64,000 nucleotides of DNA from contig NC_058368.1 of assembly GCF_018350175.1 (NCBI RefSeq), positions 139,874,001 through 139,938,000 of the forward strand, given 5' to 3'. Made by a program: the position numbers and the translations under genes. The notes under the pieces were generated by a model. That model was not told the DNA's origin. It made no database searches and worked only from the letters and a program-made list of their open reading frames with translations. The stretch is from Felis catus (taxonomy: Eukaryota). Of this stretch, positions 1 to 11,879 are shown piece by piece. How positions within the stretch are numbered: the stretch's first letter is position 1; each line of letters starts with the position of its first letter.

Positions 1-330
1 TTATTTAATCACTTCAATCTGGTGCTAGTGTGCTTTTATAACCTCTGTAACACTTGCTCATCTCTCCTTTCAACCAAGGAAAAGCAGATTTCAGGCTGAA
101 CACATCACCAGCAGTATTTAATCAAAACTTACTAATTGTTAGTTGCATTTATTTTTACCACTGCTTTCTATTTATAAAGGGTATATTAGTTTTATTCTGT
201 AATCAGTAATGACACAAATTTTTCTTCTAATGAATTTAAGCTAAAGAAAAAAATGACAGAACAAGGGGTATAAAGATAGGACAAAAATCACTAAGTTGGT
301 ACACAAATGCCTGAATGTTGGGAAAGAATG
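1..330. mobile_element. Old DNA transposon fragment (hAT/Charlie-like)
   Basis: Resemblance to recalled hAT-Charlie terminal sequence; heavily decayed. Confidence 0.35.
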
Positions 331-644
331 CACTGGTTCATGAAAACATTGAAATTGGCCAAATTAGCGGACTCCCATGACATCTTTTAAAGTACTGCCC
401 TCTAATCTAGCAGTTTTAAGAAAGGATGCCACACACTGTAATACATTAACCTGTCTTAATTGTACTATTTTAGAATTTTGGGAAATTATTTTAAATAGTA
501 TTAGTTAATAAATCAGCAACAGCAGCATTTTAAAATCATGCCAATGAGTAATATGCTGAAATAATTCCTCTTACTACACAAATAAAATTCATCAAACCAC
601 AAAATGTTGTATGTTAATAAAAACAAACTGAGGAAAAGTCATAC

Positions 645-728
645 CATCTGTCTTTGAATGACTTGAAATATTCAAATCACATCCTTTTCCAACTTCCATC
701 CTTGTTTCTTTTACTACAGGGCTATTTC
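645..728 (-). CDS. POC5: POC5 coding exon (third coding exon, 84 nt)
   Basis: ttttcagcag|GAAATAGC...GACAGATG|gtatga; phase 1 continues from the previous exon: (G)NSPVVKETRMEVGKGCDLNISSHSKTD; tandem CAGCAG acceptor (alternative start 731). Confidence 0.85.
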
Positions 729-1059
729 CTGCTGAAAATAAAATAAAATAATTTTTTTATTAAACCAAACCACTCATATCAAATGCCTAATCACACATAC
801 TTAATTTAAGAGGGTAGCAGTACATAGGATTTTAGAACAGCAAAATACAACATGCCGGGGATAGAGGAACAGTAAGCCAAAGAACAAAGAGAAGGACAAA
901 ACTGAGAGAACAAAGTCTTAACTATATCATTAATAAGCTCAATTTTACCCACCAAATATAAATATAGATGGAAGAGAATTCAGCCTACTGTAGCATTCAG
1001 TTCACACTAAGAGACTGAGTGGATGAATGACATTAGAATTTAGAAGCTATGCAATCTTA

Positions 1060-2420
1060 CATTGGGTATTTCCAGGGGCCTGCTGCCATCAAGCTAAAGT
1101 GACACTGGTTCCCTCACTTGTAGTTCAGGAACCACTGGTCAATACACGGTGGAAATAAAATGGGGGAAAACCTCACAAGAATGGCTGTGTGGAAGGCTTA
1201 TATATACTTTGGCAACTTCAACATACCTCACTTACATCAAGCAACAGCAATACCAAGAGGAAAGAATGGGATGATGAATTTACATATTCTTATCAATCTT
1301 CGTGTGAATCAAGATATCTAAATTCACTGCATGTTGTATACTTAGATCTCAAATCCTTTTTCGAAAAGGCAGAGTATAAACAAATAAATACTATCTTCCA
1401 TGCTAGAGAAGAACAGGGGTCTTAAATCCCAAGTGATGACCTTGAAAGGTTGGAGAGCCACGGCAAGGAGAGGACTCCAATGTTGTGTCACTGGGAACAA
1501 CAGTACAGCAAGGAAGCAAGTGTCTGGTGACCCCCTTAAGGGAGGGACATACAGGGTGAACACACGGATTGACTAGTTACATATTTTGTAAGAGAGTATG
1601 CAGCCCTTTGGGTGTGTTCAACAGGAACTACAGGCTCAGGTACCCAGGGTAATAAAGACATGGTCAAGATCACTGATGTACAATGAATGAACCCTGGGGC
1701 CCTGCCTCTTGAATATCAATTAAAATTTGGGCAGAAAATGTTTCGGGGTAAAATATTGTGGTGGTAAAGTAAATATACGCATTTTATGGTTCTGGCACTA
1801 TTTGATGATCGAGTGCAGTATGCTGAAGTCTAGCAATGGATAGTCCATGTCTACCAAGAGACAGGAACAAAATACTAGGGCTGTAACTTATCGGAACCCC
1901 AGGAGCCTGTTGATTCTGAGTAGGCTGTTTCATGTGCTTTCAAGGAGACATCCCTGGAGTTACGCCTACTGTTGATAACTACCCATCACCAGGCCTATCT
2001 TTGGAGGGTTTTCTGTGCCCTTTGAAGGAATATTTTTTTACAGCGAGTTGTTTGGGATCCTGTACTTTACCGAATAAAGAATGGATAGGTGAAAGGAGCT
2101 TTATCTTCCTTTCTCCACCTTTCATTCACCTATCAACATACATCCTGTCTTGTATTAACTCTCAATTCTGTCAATGACATAGTCCAAAATGGGTTCACCC
2201 TTGTGGTGATAATTTAAACAGTCTTCCACGTTAACAGAAATGCTGCCGACAAAGTCCTAGGACATGGTTCACAAACTTAAGTGGTTCTGAGGGCTACCTA
2301 TGGAGCATCTTTAATTTGGGGCCTTGGGCATTTAGTTTCCAAGATAATCCTGGTATATAATTACTAGAACAATTAGATGCAATTTACTCCACTGACAGGC
2401 ATGCTATGGCTATAGTGTTG
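1060..2420 (+). mobile_element. Decayed ERV internal relic (integrase C-terminus to env SU), antisense in POC5 intron 3
   Basis: 1079-1117 reads PAAIKLK*HWFPH (cf. gamma-type IN C-terminal PTAVK..G..WIH); ORF 1932-2177 has LCPLKEYFF...CLGSCTLPNKEWIGERSFIFLSP (cf. env SU C-terminal CAP.G.FFLCG...CLP.NW.G.C.L.FL.P). Confidence 0.5.
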
Positions 2421-2672
2421 CTTTCATTTTATTTTATTTTTTTTGCTTTTATTTTATTTTTCATGTAATAGTTTAAACAAAGTTCATGTAAATATCCAGC
2501 TGTCGCACAAGAGCCAAGAGTAACATATTAAAATGGAAAACACTTCCCAGATGATAGCGATACACATGAGTGATTGAGAAGAATCACTGGAGAAGCATTT
2601 CTGGAACTCTAAGTCAACGGCATTAATAAGCTCAATAACAAATTAAGAAATATCTTTCAAAATATACATAAC

Positions 2673-2814
2673 CTTGATTATGAAGAATATCATCTACTAC
2701 ACTAGGAATCCTAACATCTGGCACCACTTCTCCTTTAGAATGACACGGCTGTGAAGCTCTTGACTCAATGTTTGGAGTCACAATAGCATAACGAAGCAGT
2801 TCTTCATACTCTTC
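2673..2814 (-). CDS. POC5: POC5 coding exon (second coding exon, 142 nt)
   Basis: ttctcatag|GAAGAGTAT...AATCAAG|gttatg; [47 protein letters not shown] plus 1 nt; phase 0 matches the upstream exon. Confidence 0.93.
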
Positions 2815-3604
2815 CTATGAGAAGCCAAAAACAAATAATGTATCATAAACGGTCACAATGGACATTCAGGCAAAGAACGATAAAGGCATAGTCGAAGCTA
2901 CTCTTTACTTCAGTTCTCAAAACAGTACTTCGATGTAGTAAGGAAGGTGTACTTTCTTAAAAACAGAAACCCAACAACTAGACCTACCAAATTTCTTCTA
3001 GCCAGATAGATTCCTTCAGATGCCAATTTAGCAATCGTGACACAAAGATTACCTAGTGTAGTTGCCTGAGACCAGTTAACATCTACAAAGCAGAAATGCC
3101 CACCCTGCAGGTGGGCAGAGATATAGACATTTCTCTGCTTTTCTGAAATTTAGTTTGAAGGTGTTGATTCCAAAGACTCCACAATAGGGTGGTCTAGAGA
3201 TGAAAAGAGGTTTTGGCTCTTTTTACTGACAGCTACCATCCAACGCAGCAACAACCTGGAGGGTCTTTTCATGGCATGGAAAGAGCGTAAGGGAAATAGT
3301 GGAAGAGAAAAAGAAATACTGACGATAAAAAGAGAACACAAATGCAGCCTGTTTGTTCTATTCTACCTAGTGGCAACTGCAAGGCACCTGAGAAGCAATA
3401 AAAAATACAGGTCACAAAGTGTAGACCTTACAGTAATATTCCTCAAGTTTAAAACAAAATTGGAATTTCCTCACATAGACAGTTATTTCTTCAGCCATAT
3501 CAAAAAATGGTATCTGAGAAGTAAAAAAATATACTGGAATTTAGTTGACATTCACAAGCGATTGGTCATGATGTACCAAATAGTCCTACAAGAAGTCATT
3601 TCAT

Positions 3605-3793
3605 GGGACACCTGATGCCTCAGTTAACCATCTGACTTCAGCTCAGTCTATGATCTCATGGTTTGTGAGTTTGTGTCCCACCTTGGGCTCTCTGCTGTCA
3701 GCACAGAGCCTGCTGTGGATCTACTGTTTCCCTCTCTCTTTGCCCCTCCCCTGCTGTCTCTCAAAAATAAATAAAAACATTAAAAAAAAAAAA
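3605..3793 (+). mobile_element. Can-SINE (older, decayed)
   Basis: tRNA-like head, CT-rich body, AATAAA and A tail. Confidence 0.85.
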
Positions 3794-5620
3794 GAGTAAT
3801 TTCTAAGAGTCATATTCACGGACCCAGAGAATGTCTTTGCATTAAAAAAAACTGGGGGGAAGGTTTTCAAGAACATTAAATGTTATTATTCTAAAGGATT
3901 CTTTTGTGTTAATTTTTCCCCATAAGTAGTTTAGTTCCAATATAGAACTGTCATCATTTCATTAGTCATAACTGTCTTGTTATTTGGATTCATCTTCAGT
4001 ATGAAGATAACTGATGCTTGAAACTGCCTCTGTGAAGTGGCACAGTATGTGCTCAAGTGAATTCAGAAAAATTCTGTCTAAATCAAAGAAAGAACGATCT
4101 TCAGTAGTTATGTGAAAATCAGCAATCCTTACTCTTTCCCTATGGTTTTCTTTGAGTAAGAATATTTAACTGCCCACCACACCCAAGTTTCCAGCCACCG
4201 TTACATCACAGATGACCGAAGTAAGTATCTTGGTGCTTTCCAAGGGAACAGACGTAATTGCCCTCAGACTTATGTAGTCAGAACTACCTTGTATCCTGAG
4301 TCGGTAGTCAATATCACTGCATTTCTAGCTAGTTTCCAAGAAGGTGTTTCAGGGGATCCACGATGTTTTATTCAAATTTCATTTTTTAAGCTATTTAACT
4401 CTTTTACAAACAGTAGTAAAAGGAGCAAGCACTATCACATATACCACATGTGCTAAATTTTAACTGGCCCCAAACTATAAATTCTCAATTTTTTTTTTGT
4501 TGGTTGGAATAAAGCTGTTCCTGCCATCGAGGTACATGTCAAGCTGCTGTAAACATGTCAGGTTGTGGCTCTGCACAGGTTTGATTTTTGTTTTAGGAAT
4601 CACACCTGTGCAGGTGAACACACAACTCTAACACATGTGGGCCCATCAATTACAAACTCAAGCTCAAGTACATCTGCTGGCGCCAGTCACTCCTCAGGAG
4701 AGTGATGAGCTGTGCAGGGTAGCAAATGACTTCATTCCTTTGTTACATGCTTATCATAATACAAAGGGTTTTAGCACGTATCCAAATTTGAGTCTTCTGG
4801 GTGCTTCTTGGGTGATTTGTAGATTATAAAAAGTTTGAAGAAGTGACAGACTTTGTTGGTGATTCAACAATGAATCAAAACTTTTCTATCAATCCTTTTT
4901 TTATGTTTTGGGTCAGTTTACTTGCAGATGAGATAGGTTTTTAAACAGCTACCATTTTTTCATAATGCATAGAGAAGTCGAATCACTATGCTGTACACGT
5001 GAAACTAATGTTAACAGTGTGCGTCAACTATATTAAAACAAACAAGCCATCATTCTCTACTTATGTTAAGAATCAGAATTTTCTTGATATTTTATAGCCC
5101 AAATAAAATATAGAAGCAAAATGGTCACTTAGGCTTATCAAACCATGGTAGGTCTCCTATTATCCACCAATGTCAAATGTACATTTAAGGCAGCTTCATT
5201 GTTTTTGCTGACTTTGTGAGATGGAAACGTCACAGATTTGAATTTATAATATAAATCTATGCAATTATACTTCTACTTTAACCTTTTTATATTGGAATTT
5301 GAAGTAAAATTGTTTGAAAAAAAGGGTTTATGCTGGTAGATGTTTGAAAATTACGTCTTTAGGGTAATTAAATGTAAAGAAGTGAGTTGGTGTCAGTTTC
5401 AGCCTTGTTTTGCATAGTTAACATGGATTACCTATGTGCAGTAAAAGTTATAGCAAATACAGATTTTTACATGTTAAGGCTAATGGCAAAAGAGAAACAG
5501 AGACACTCCAAAGAGAGAATCATGAAAAGAAATCTCAATCATCAGAATGATCTTCATGTTGCTACAGTCAACTCCTTTGTTGGAGATGTCCCCTTCATGA
5601 CAATAAACACGTCTAGTTTT

Positions 5621-5853
5621 GGGGGTGCCTGGGTGGCTCAGTCAGTTCAGCATCCGACTTCAGCTCAAGTCATGATGCTGCGGTTCGTGAAATTTGAGAA
5701 CTGAATCAGGCTCTGTGCTGACAGCTCAGAGCCTGGAGCCTGCTTTGGATTCTGTGTCTCCCTCTCTCCCTGCCCCTCCCCCACTTATGCTCTGTCTCTC
5801 TCTCTCTCTCAAAAAGTAAATAATAAACATTAAAAACAAAACCAAAACAACAA
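5621..5853 (+). mobile_element. Can-SINE (SINEC, felid type)
   Basis: GGGGTGCCTGGGTGGCTCAGTC head, (CT)n, A-rich tail. Confidence 0.9.
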
Positions 5854-5879
5854 CACATGTCTGAGATTTAAACTTACAT

Positions 5880-6393
5880 TTCCTGAACTCAGAGAAACAT
5901 TTTACTCATTAGATTATCAGTTTATTATAGAAGGACAGAACTCAGAAACAGCCAGATGGAAGAGACAAAGCACAAGGTATGGGGAAGGGGGGCAAAGCTT
6001 CCGCACCTTCCTAGAATGGCAGTCATCCAGAGCCTCCACACATTCACTGAGCTGGAAGTTCTCTGAACCCTCTCCCATTGGGTTTTTATGGAGGATTCAT
6101 CACACAGGTATGATTGATGAAATCATTGGCCACTGGTGACCGAACTCAACCTGCAGCCTCTCCCTGCTTCCTGGAGTTCACAGTGGGTGGCACTACTAAA
6201 AGTTCCAAATCTGTAAGCATGTGGTCTGCTCCCAGCAACCAGCCCCAATCCTTAAGCAGGGTCCAAAAGTCACCTCATTAGCATAACAAACACATTTATC
6301 ACTATCATTTAGGAAATTTCAAAGTTTTCTGAAAATGTGCAAAACACGGGATAAAGACCAAAATATATTTCTTATTATAAATCACAATATCAC
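5880..6393. mobile_element. ERV LTR fragment, MER21-like
   Basis: ctcagagaaacattttact...tttattata...cagccagatggaagag...gtatggggaaggg resembles recalled MER21; ends ...aatatcaca. Confidence 0.55.
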
Positions 6394-6494
6394 AAGTATA
6401 AATGAGTTAATCAGCACTCTCCTGAAGGAAGTCTGAAAAAGGCAGGGATAAAGAGTGCAGGAAAGCACTGTCACCTTAAAAGACAGCACTATGC

Positions 6495-6722
6495 GGGGCG
6501 CCTGGGTGGTGCAGTCGGTTAAGCGTCCGACTTCAGCCAGGTCACGATCTCGCGGTCCGGGAGTTCGAGCCCCGCGTCGGGCTCTGGGCTGATGGCTCAG
6601 AGCCTGGAGCCTGTTTCCGATTCTGTGTCTCCCTCTCTCTCTGCCCCTCCCCCGTTCATGCTCTGTCTCTCTCTGTCCCAAAAATAAATAAACGTTGAAA
6701 AAAAAAAAATTAAAAAAAAAAA
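6495..6722 (+). mobile_element. Young Can-SINE (SINEC_Fc-like)
   Basis: CpG-rich near-consensus body, long A tail, perfect TSD aaaagacagcacta at 6478-6491 and 6723-6736. Confidence 0.95.
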
Positions 6723-7055
6723 AAAAGACAGCACTAGGTAAAAGTACATCCAAAGGGAAGACAAGGATGAAATATCAATGTCACAACTCCAGCTACTTTT
6801 ATCCTAGTAAATATTCACAGATATTTTTCCAATAGCTTTCCAACTTCTAAATCAGTAATTTCAATTAAAGAATCATATATGTTTCATAAAATATCTTCCT
6901 AAAACTTTTCTCCTATTACACAGTGTCAGTAACAACTTAACTCTATTTAGGCATAAACATAATGTCCAGCTTTTCCCCCTCTTAAGCGATACTTAAGAGG
7001 ACTATAAGACTCAAGATATACCGTATCAGTGATCTCTCATTTAAAATCTACTCTT

Positions 7056-7268
7056 GGGGTACCTGGGTGGCTCAGTCGGTTGAGCGACCGACTTTCACTC
7101 AGGTCATGATCTCACAGTTTGTGAGTTCGAGCCCTGGGTCGGGCTCTGTGCTGACAGCTCAGAGCCTGGAGCCTGCTTCGGATTCTGTGTCTCCCTCTCT
7201 CTCTGCCCCTCCCCCGCTCATACTCTGTCTCAGAAATAAACATTAAAAAAAATAAAAAAATAAAAAAT
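7056..7268 (+). mobile_element. Can-SINE
   Basis: TSD aaaatctactct at 7043-7054 and 7269-7280. Confidence 0.93.
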
Positions 7269-7329
7269 AAAATCTACTCTAGAAGTCAGAGTCCATATTT
7301 CTGATAATAAAACATTTAGAAATAAAACA

Positions 7330-7556
7330 GGGGTGCCTGGGTGGCTCAGTCGGTTAAGTGTCCAACTTCAGCTCAGGTCATGATCTCACAGTCTGTGAGT
7401 TTGAGCCCCACGTCGGGCTCTGTGCAGACAGCTCAGAGCCAGGAGCCTGGTTCGGATTCTGTGTTTCCCTCTCTCTCTGCCCTTCCCCTGCTCGTGCTCT
7501 GTCTCTGTGTCACTCAAAAATAAATAAACATGAAAAAAAATTTTTTATAAATAAAA
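7330..7556 (+). mobile_element. Can-SINE
   Basis: Canonical head, body and A-rich tail. Confidence 0.9.
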
Positions 7557-7949
7557 GAAATTTAAAACAGTTCACGTGAAAACCACACCTTCTGTAGTTA
7601 ATTTATCTGTCACTGTCCAGGTCCTGAGCAGCAGAATGTGTTGAACGTTGTAGCAACAGGGACTAGAACCTGGAGTAGAACACCAGGGCATCTAAGGTCC
7701 CAGAACTGTGGGTGGTTTGATAGTGTATTAATTTGCATTAAAGTGAAAGCAGCATTCAGAAGAGATAGTTGAGAAAATCTCAAGAAAAAAATGTTTCTTG
7801 AGATTTCTAGCTTCTCTCATTGTGCTGTTTGAAGCCTTTGCACAGAGGGTTTGAAGAGTTCATGATTATTTTCTGAAAGGTTCAAACAATGTAAGGTATG
7901 TCCCAAAGTCTGTGAAATAATTCTCAATGCTCAATCATATTATTATGAT

Positions 7950-8055
7950 TTGATATACATTATACACCATATACATATATACATAAATATATATACATTA
8001 ATATACATATATATACAGTATGTATATACATCATACACCATATACATAATTATAA
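7950..8055. repeat. AT-rich degenerate (TA/CA)n low-complexity tract
   Basis: atatacat/atatatac repeats; catatacat and ataccatata recur. Confidence 0.7.
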
Positions 8056-8157
8056 ATGTAAATGGCATGAATACATGAAAAATGTATTCCTAGTTTTCCC
8101 TCATATTGTCACTTGTTTAAAATAAAAGTCACAACAAATTTAGGCACGTCTTCCTAC

Positions 8158-8241
8158 CTGAAGATCTGAAGAGACAGAACTGCCTCGGTCAGAGTCATTC
8201 TTCATAACTGGCAGTGAGCATTTCTCCTCATCTGATGACAT
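8158..8241 (-). CDS. POC5: POC5 first coding exon (ATG at 8241)
   Basis: ATG TCA TCA GAT GAG GAG AAA...GAT CTT CAG|gtagga = MSSDEEKCSLPVMKNDSDRGSSVSSDLQ; acceptor AG candidates give an exon start at 8242 or 8253. Confidence 0.93.
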
Positions 8242-8849
8242 TCTGTACAAATACTACAAACAATGGAGACTAACTTTAGTTTTCTTCCGGTGATATTTAA
8301 ACTAACATAACATGTTTTCTATGTATATACATCCTAACCTGTAAACAATAATCATGTGGTATGTTTAAATATTCAACACAATGAGCACCCACAGATAAAA
8401 TAACTAGGCAAGAAAAGAATAGCAGGAGGCTCAGTTCCCAACATTAGTGAGTTTTTCATGCAGTCAAGGAGATGACACAAATGTATGAAAGTTAAAGAGA
8501 AATGGAAACTCCTTGGACAAATCCACAATGGACCTGTTGAGATTAATAGAGTGTGATGACTGTTCTTCAACAATGGGTGGCAACCTGCGTGCTGGGCATT
8601 TTACTGAGCCAAGAGAGAATAAACAATTTGTGCACATTCTTTGCCCAAGAAACATATGTTTTGGGAATATTATTTTAAGAAAAGCAAGCCTATACAGAAC
8701 AAGAGATTCTTATATACCATAGAAAACCTGTCAAAAGTCTTGTCCCAAAAAATAAAAGTATTTTTAGTAACAAGTAAATAAGTTATTTAAAGGACAAGTA
8801 GGGACTATTCAAAGTATCTGAACACCAGCTGCATGGAAAACAGTGGCGA

Positions 8850-10150
8850 GGAACGTAAGATGACGAAGTCCTGGTCCTTATGGACTTTACAATCTGTAGA
8901 GACAGCCAGGTGTATATATGCTAGTAGGCCCTAAAACAAAAGAGGTACAAAGCAGGGAGGCCAGGAGTAGCTATTTTTCATGGGGTGGGATCATGAGAGT
9001 GACAAAGCGGGAACGGAGCCAGAGTATGTGTTAATTGAGAAGATAAACTGGTATTGAGACCTGAAAGACAAAGGCAGATAAAAGATGTAAGGCTATGCTA
9101 GGCATTAGAGCAGAAGCAAAGACACAGAGGCATGGGCATGTATGCCAGGAATGTAAGTAGTTCGTAACACTGAAGCAAAGGGTGCAAAGCAAGGCTTGGC
9201 TAAGGATGGAACAGGCAAGGTAGGAAGCAGCCAGAACATGGAAGATCGTGATTACGTTATGTCAAAAAAAATGTAGTCTTTATTCTAGATATATATTATT
9301 ATAATATTTAAACAAGTGATAACACGATCAGGCTGGTCTTGGAATGTTGATGGCTTTCCAATTTCTGACTTGGGTAATTAGATGGATAATATAGTGCCAC
9401 TAACCAAGACAAGAAATGTAGTAAGGTAAGCAGGTCGGGAAGAAGGAGAGTGGGTTCAATATCAGATGAGTTGGGTGTGAGGTACCTATGAGGCACTGCA
9501 GTGAAGCTGCATGTATGCAGGATATGGCCACATCCATTATACTGCACACCAAGGATTGCCGTTCACAATGGCTACAATGAAAATGGTGCTTCCTGGAGTT
9601 AAGCAATGAGCACTGGAGGTACAGGCTAGAGATAGTTTGAGGAATCATCAGCATAATGGGAAATGCTGAAAAAGGGAGAGGGTAAGATGACCTATGAAAA
9701 CGAGTGTTAGACAGAGTTCTTATTCTGAGGTCCATACACCCAAATTATATGCAATATTTTTAGTGTAAATACACGTGTATTTTTCTAGTAAGAGGATCCC
9801 TAGCTTCTAATATGTGTTCAGAGGGGACTATACCTCTAATAAAGTTAAAGGCCTGCTACTGTAGTGAGAAAAGGCTTAAAAGTAGAAACACTAACGTTTA
9901 AAGGGGAAGAGAAGAGCGAGCAAAAACAGGAAAGTCAGAATGGGAGAACTATCAGGGAAAAAAGCATCATAAAAACTTGAGGAACAGAGTGTAGAGTCAG
10001 ATGCCAAAGAAAGATGAAAGTTGGGGTCTCTTGAACATGGCAGTAAGGAAGTTGCTGACATTGACCTAAACAATTTCAGTGGAAGGTGCAACAGGTCTCA
10101 GTCACACTGGCCTGAAAAATAAATGAGAAATAAGGAAACTGATGTAGACA
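8850..10150 (-). mobile_element. Ancient LINE-2 fragments
   Basis: Purine-rich plus strand with L2-like motifs (tttctgacttgggtaattagatggata...gtgccactaac). Confidence 0.5.
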
Positions 10151-11149
10151 GGGCCGACACAGAGAAAAGTACAATATTAGAATGGAAACATAGGTTGGGA
10201 CTTGTTGATGGAAACTTAGCTTTATTCGATGAGTATTACTGGCTATACACATAAGTAAACTAAATCTCAGCATGACTGTCTTTAGTTAAGCCAATTAGGG
10301 AGGATAAAATAAGCACACACATCCCCAGCAAGGAAGGACTGCTTCATGGACTTCAAATCCACCACTGTGGTAACCTGGTTCATTTGTTTTCATTTACTTC
10401 TTTTAGGCTGTATTTGCATACTGCGTAGATAATAGGAGTGGAGGTGGGCTGGTGCTGACTATTCAAAAAACAAGTAAGCTGAAAAGTAAGGTGAGACTTC
10501 AAAAAGAGTTTCTGAATAGAGATACTGCAGCCATAAAGCAACTACTGTATTTTTGGAAAATATGCTATAAATGTGCCATCATTGCTGCTATGAGGCCAGC
10601 AAGGTAGGACAATTTCTTTGAAACCCTACCACACTAGCATTTTCTTACTGTTTCTAGGTTCAGAAACAAAGAAGAAAAATGAAGCTTGCTTTAATGGGTG
10701 GCGGATGTGAATCAGTTCACTAAATTACCAGTACTCTCTAACCCAAGATACCAGAAACCAAGAGAAAAGTTCTGGGTGCTTCTTGATAGCCAAAGAAATC
10801 AAATTACCTCTTGGTAAATACCTGGCTGATAAGGAAAAAGGGATCCGGGAATTCAAATGCAACCCCAAGAGACAGAGGAAGTGGGAATTAATGTGCGAGC
10901 TGGCAGCTGGGTGACGTCCCTGTGCTCTTCACCCATCTTAGCTGCAGGAAAGGAGAAGGGGCGCGCCAGCTCCTCCCCTCATAAGGGACTAGCAGCCTAG
11001 GGGGACAGCAGTTGTGAGTAGGCAAAGGGTAGAGGTTCTCTTCATTCACCTTCTTACCCACCCTTGTTTGAATCGAACTCTTAAAAACAAACAACAACAA
11101 AAGAAAAACACGTTAGACATGGTTACTTTCTCGTTTTAAATGATCAGAA

Positions 11150-11830
11150 CCCACGGCGACAGTAATCGTTATACTTCAAGTACCCCCCACTCCTGCCCTC
11201 TCTTCCCGGACGCCTTGGAAGGAAAACTTCAGTACCTCGTTGCCCCGCAGAACAGCACACAGCCCACGCCTCGGGGCGTGGTATAGGAGCCCCCGGGGCG
11301 GAAACTCGAGCTAAGACACTTTAAACCCCACTCCACTGCCTCCGCCCGGGGCGCGGAACTCGCCGGGGCGCCGCTACTCACCGTTGCGACTCTTCACAAA
11401 CCCGGACGCCTCCCTCCGCGTCTCCTCGCCGCGTCGCCGCTAAAATAACAGTGGTACCGCCGCTACCTTGGCAGCAGCCTGACAGTTTCAAACTGCACAG
11501 AAGAATAAAGGACGGCCCTGTGCATTGGCCCGGAGCTTCAGCAACCTGCCGTATGATTGGTCGAAGAGCCGGGGGCGGAGCTCTGGGCCGCTGCGGGCAG
11601 AAGCCGGAATTAGGTTACTTAGGGAGAGTCCGGCCACTGATTCCGGCCGGTACCGAGGGGGCGGGGTCTTAGCGAGCCCCGCCCAGCTTGGGAAGTAAGT
11701 ACTGCGCGTGCTTAGTTTCGTTGTGCGGCTGCATCCTGAGGCGGTTCAGGGACCGGATTTGGTTAGAGGATGCTGAGCCGGGCTGAAGTCACCCAGGGCG
11801 GTATGTTGCCATCTTTCGATAATGCCCGAA
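11150..11830. promoter_or_regulatory. CpG-island promoter of POC5 (TATA-less, CHR + 2 CCAAT + GC boxes)
   Basis: Strongest non-repeat GC/CpG-rich block in the window; minus-strand TTTGAA 11487-11492; CCAAT at 11524-11528 and 11556-11560; GGGGCGG/CCCCGCCC boxes at ~11572, ~11658 and ~11677. Confidence 0.88.
11382..11480 (-). other. POC5: POC5 probable non-coding exon 1 (5' UTR)
   Basis: Strong donor CGG|GTGAGT (plus-strand actcac, 11376-11381) inside the CpG island, downstream of the CHR/CCAAT boxes; an alternative weaker donor CAAG|GTAG at 11467; 5' end inferred. Confidence 0.65.
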
Positions 11831-11879
11831 GTCTGTGCATGTGGTCCTAATGCATAAGAATCATCTGCGTCCATAGTGC

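Larger units (their letters stand above)
1..11480 (-). other. POC5: POC5 gene, 5' portion (exons 1-4 and introns); continues beyond the left edge; TSS approximate
   Basis: Three GT-AG exons splice in frame to [50 protein letters not shown]..., which I recognise as the POC5 N-terminus; CpG-island first exon upstream. Confidence 0.93.

Noticed and set aside
6382..6753. ORFs such as ...GQRETEHERGRGRERGRHRIGNRLQA... (also at ~20050, ~34028, ~53301)
   Set aside because: These are translations of Can-SINE sequence, not genes
8545..8612. C/D snoRNA-like GTGATGA...CTGA spacing
   Set aside because: Antisense to the host POC5 intron, no terminal stem, and short; probably chance
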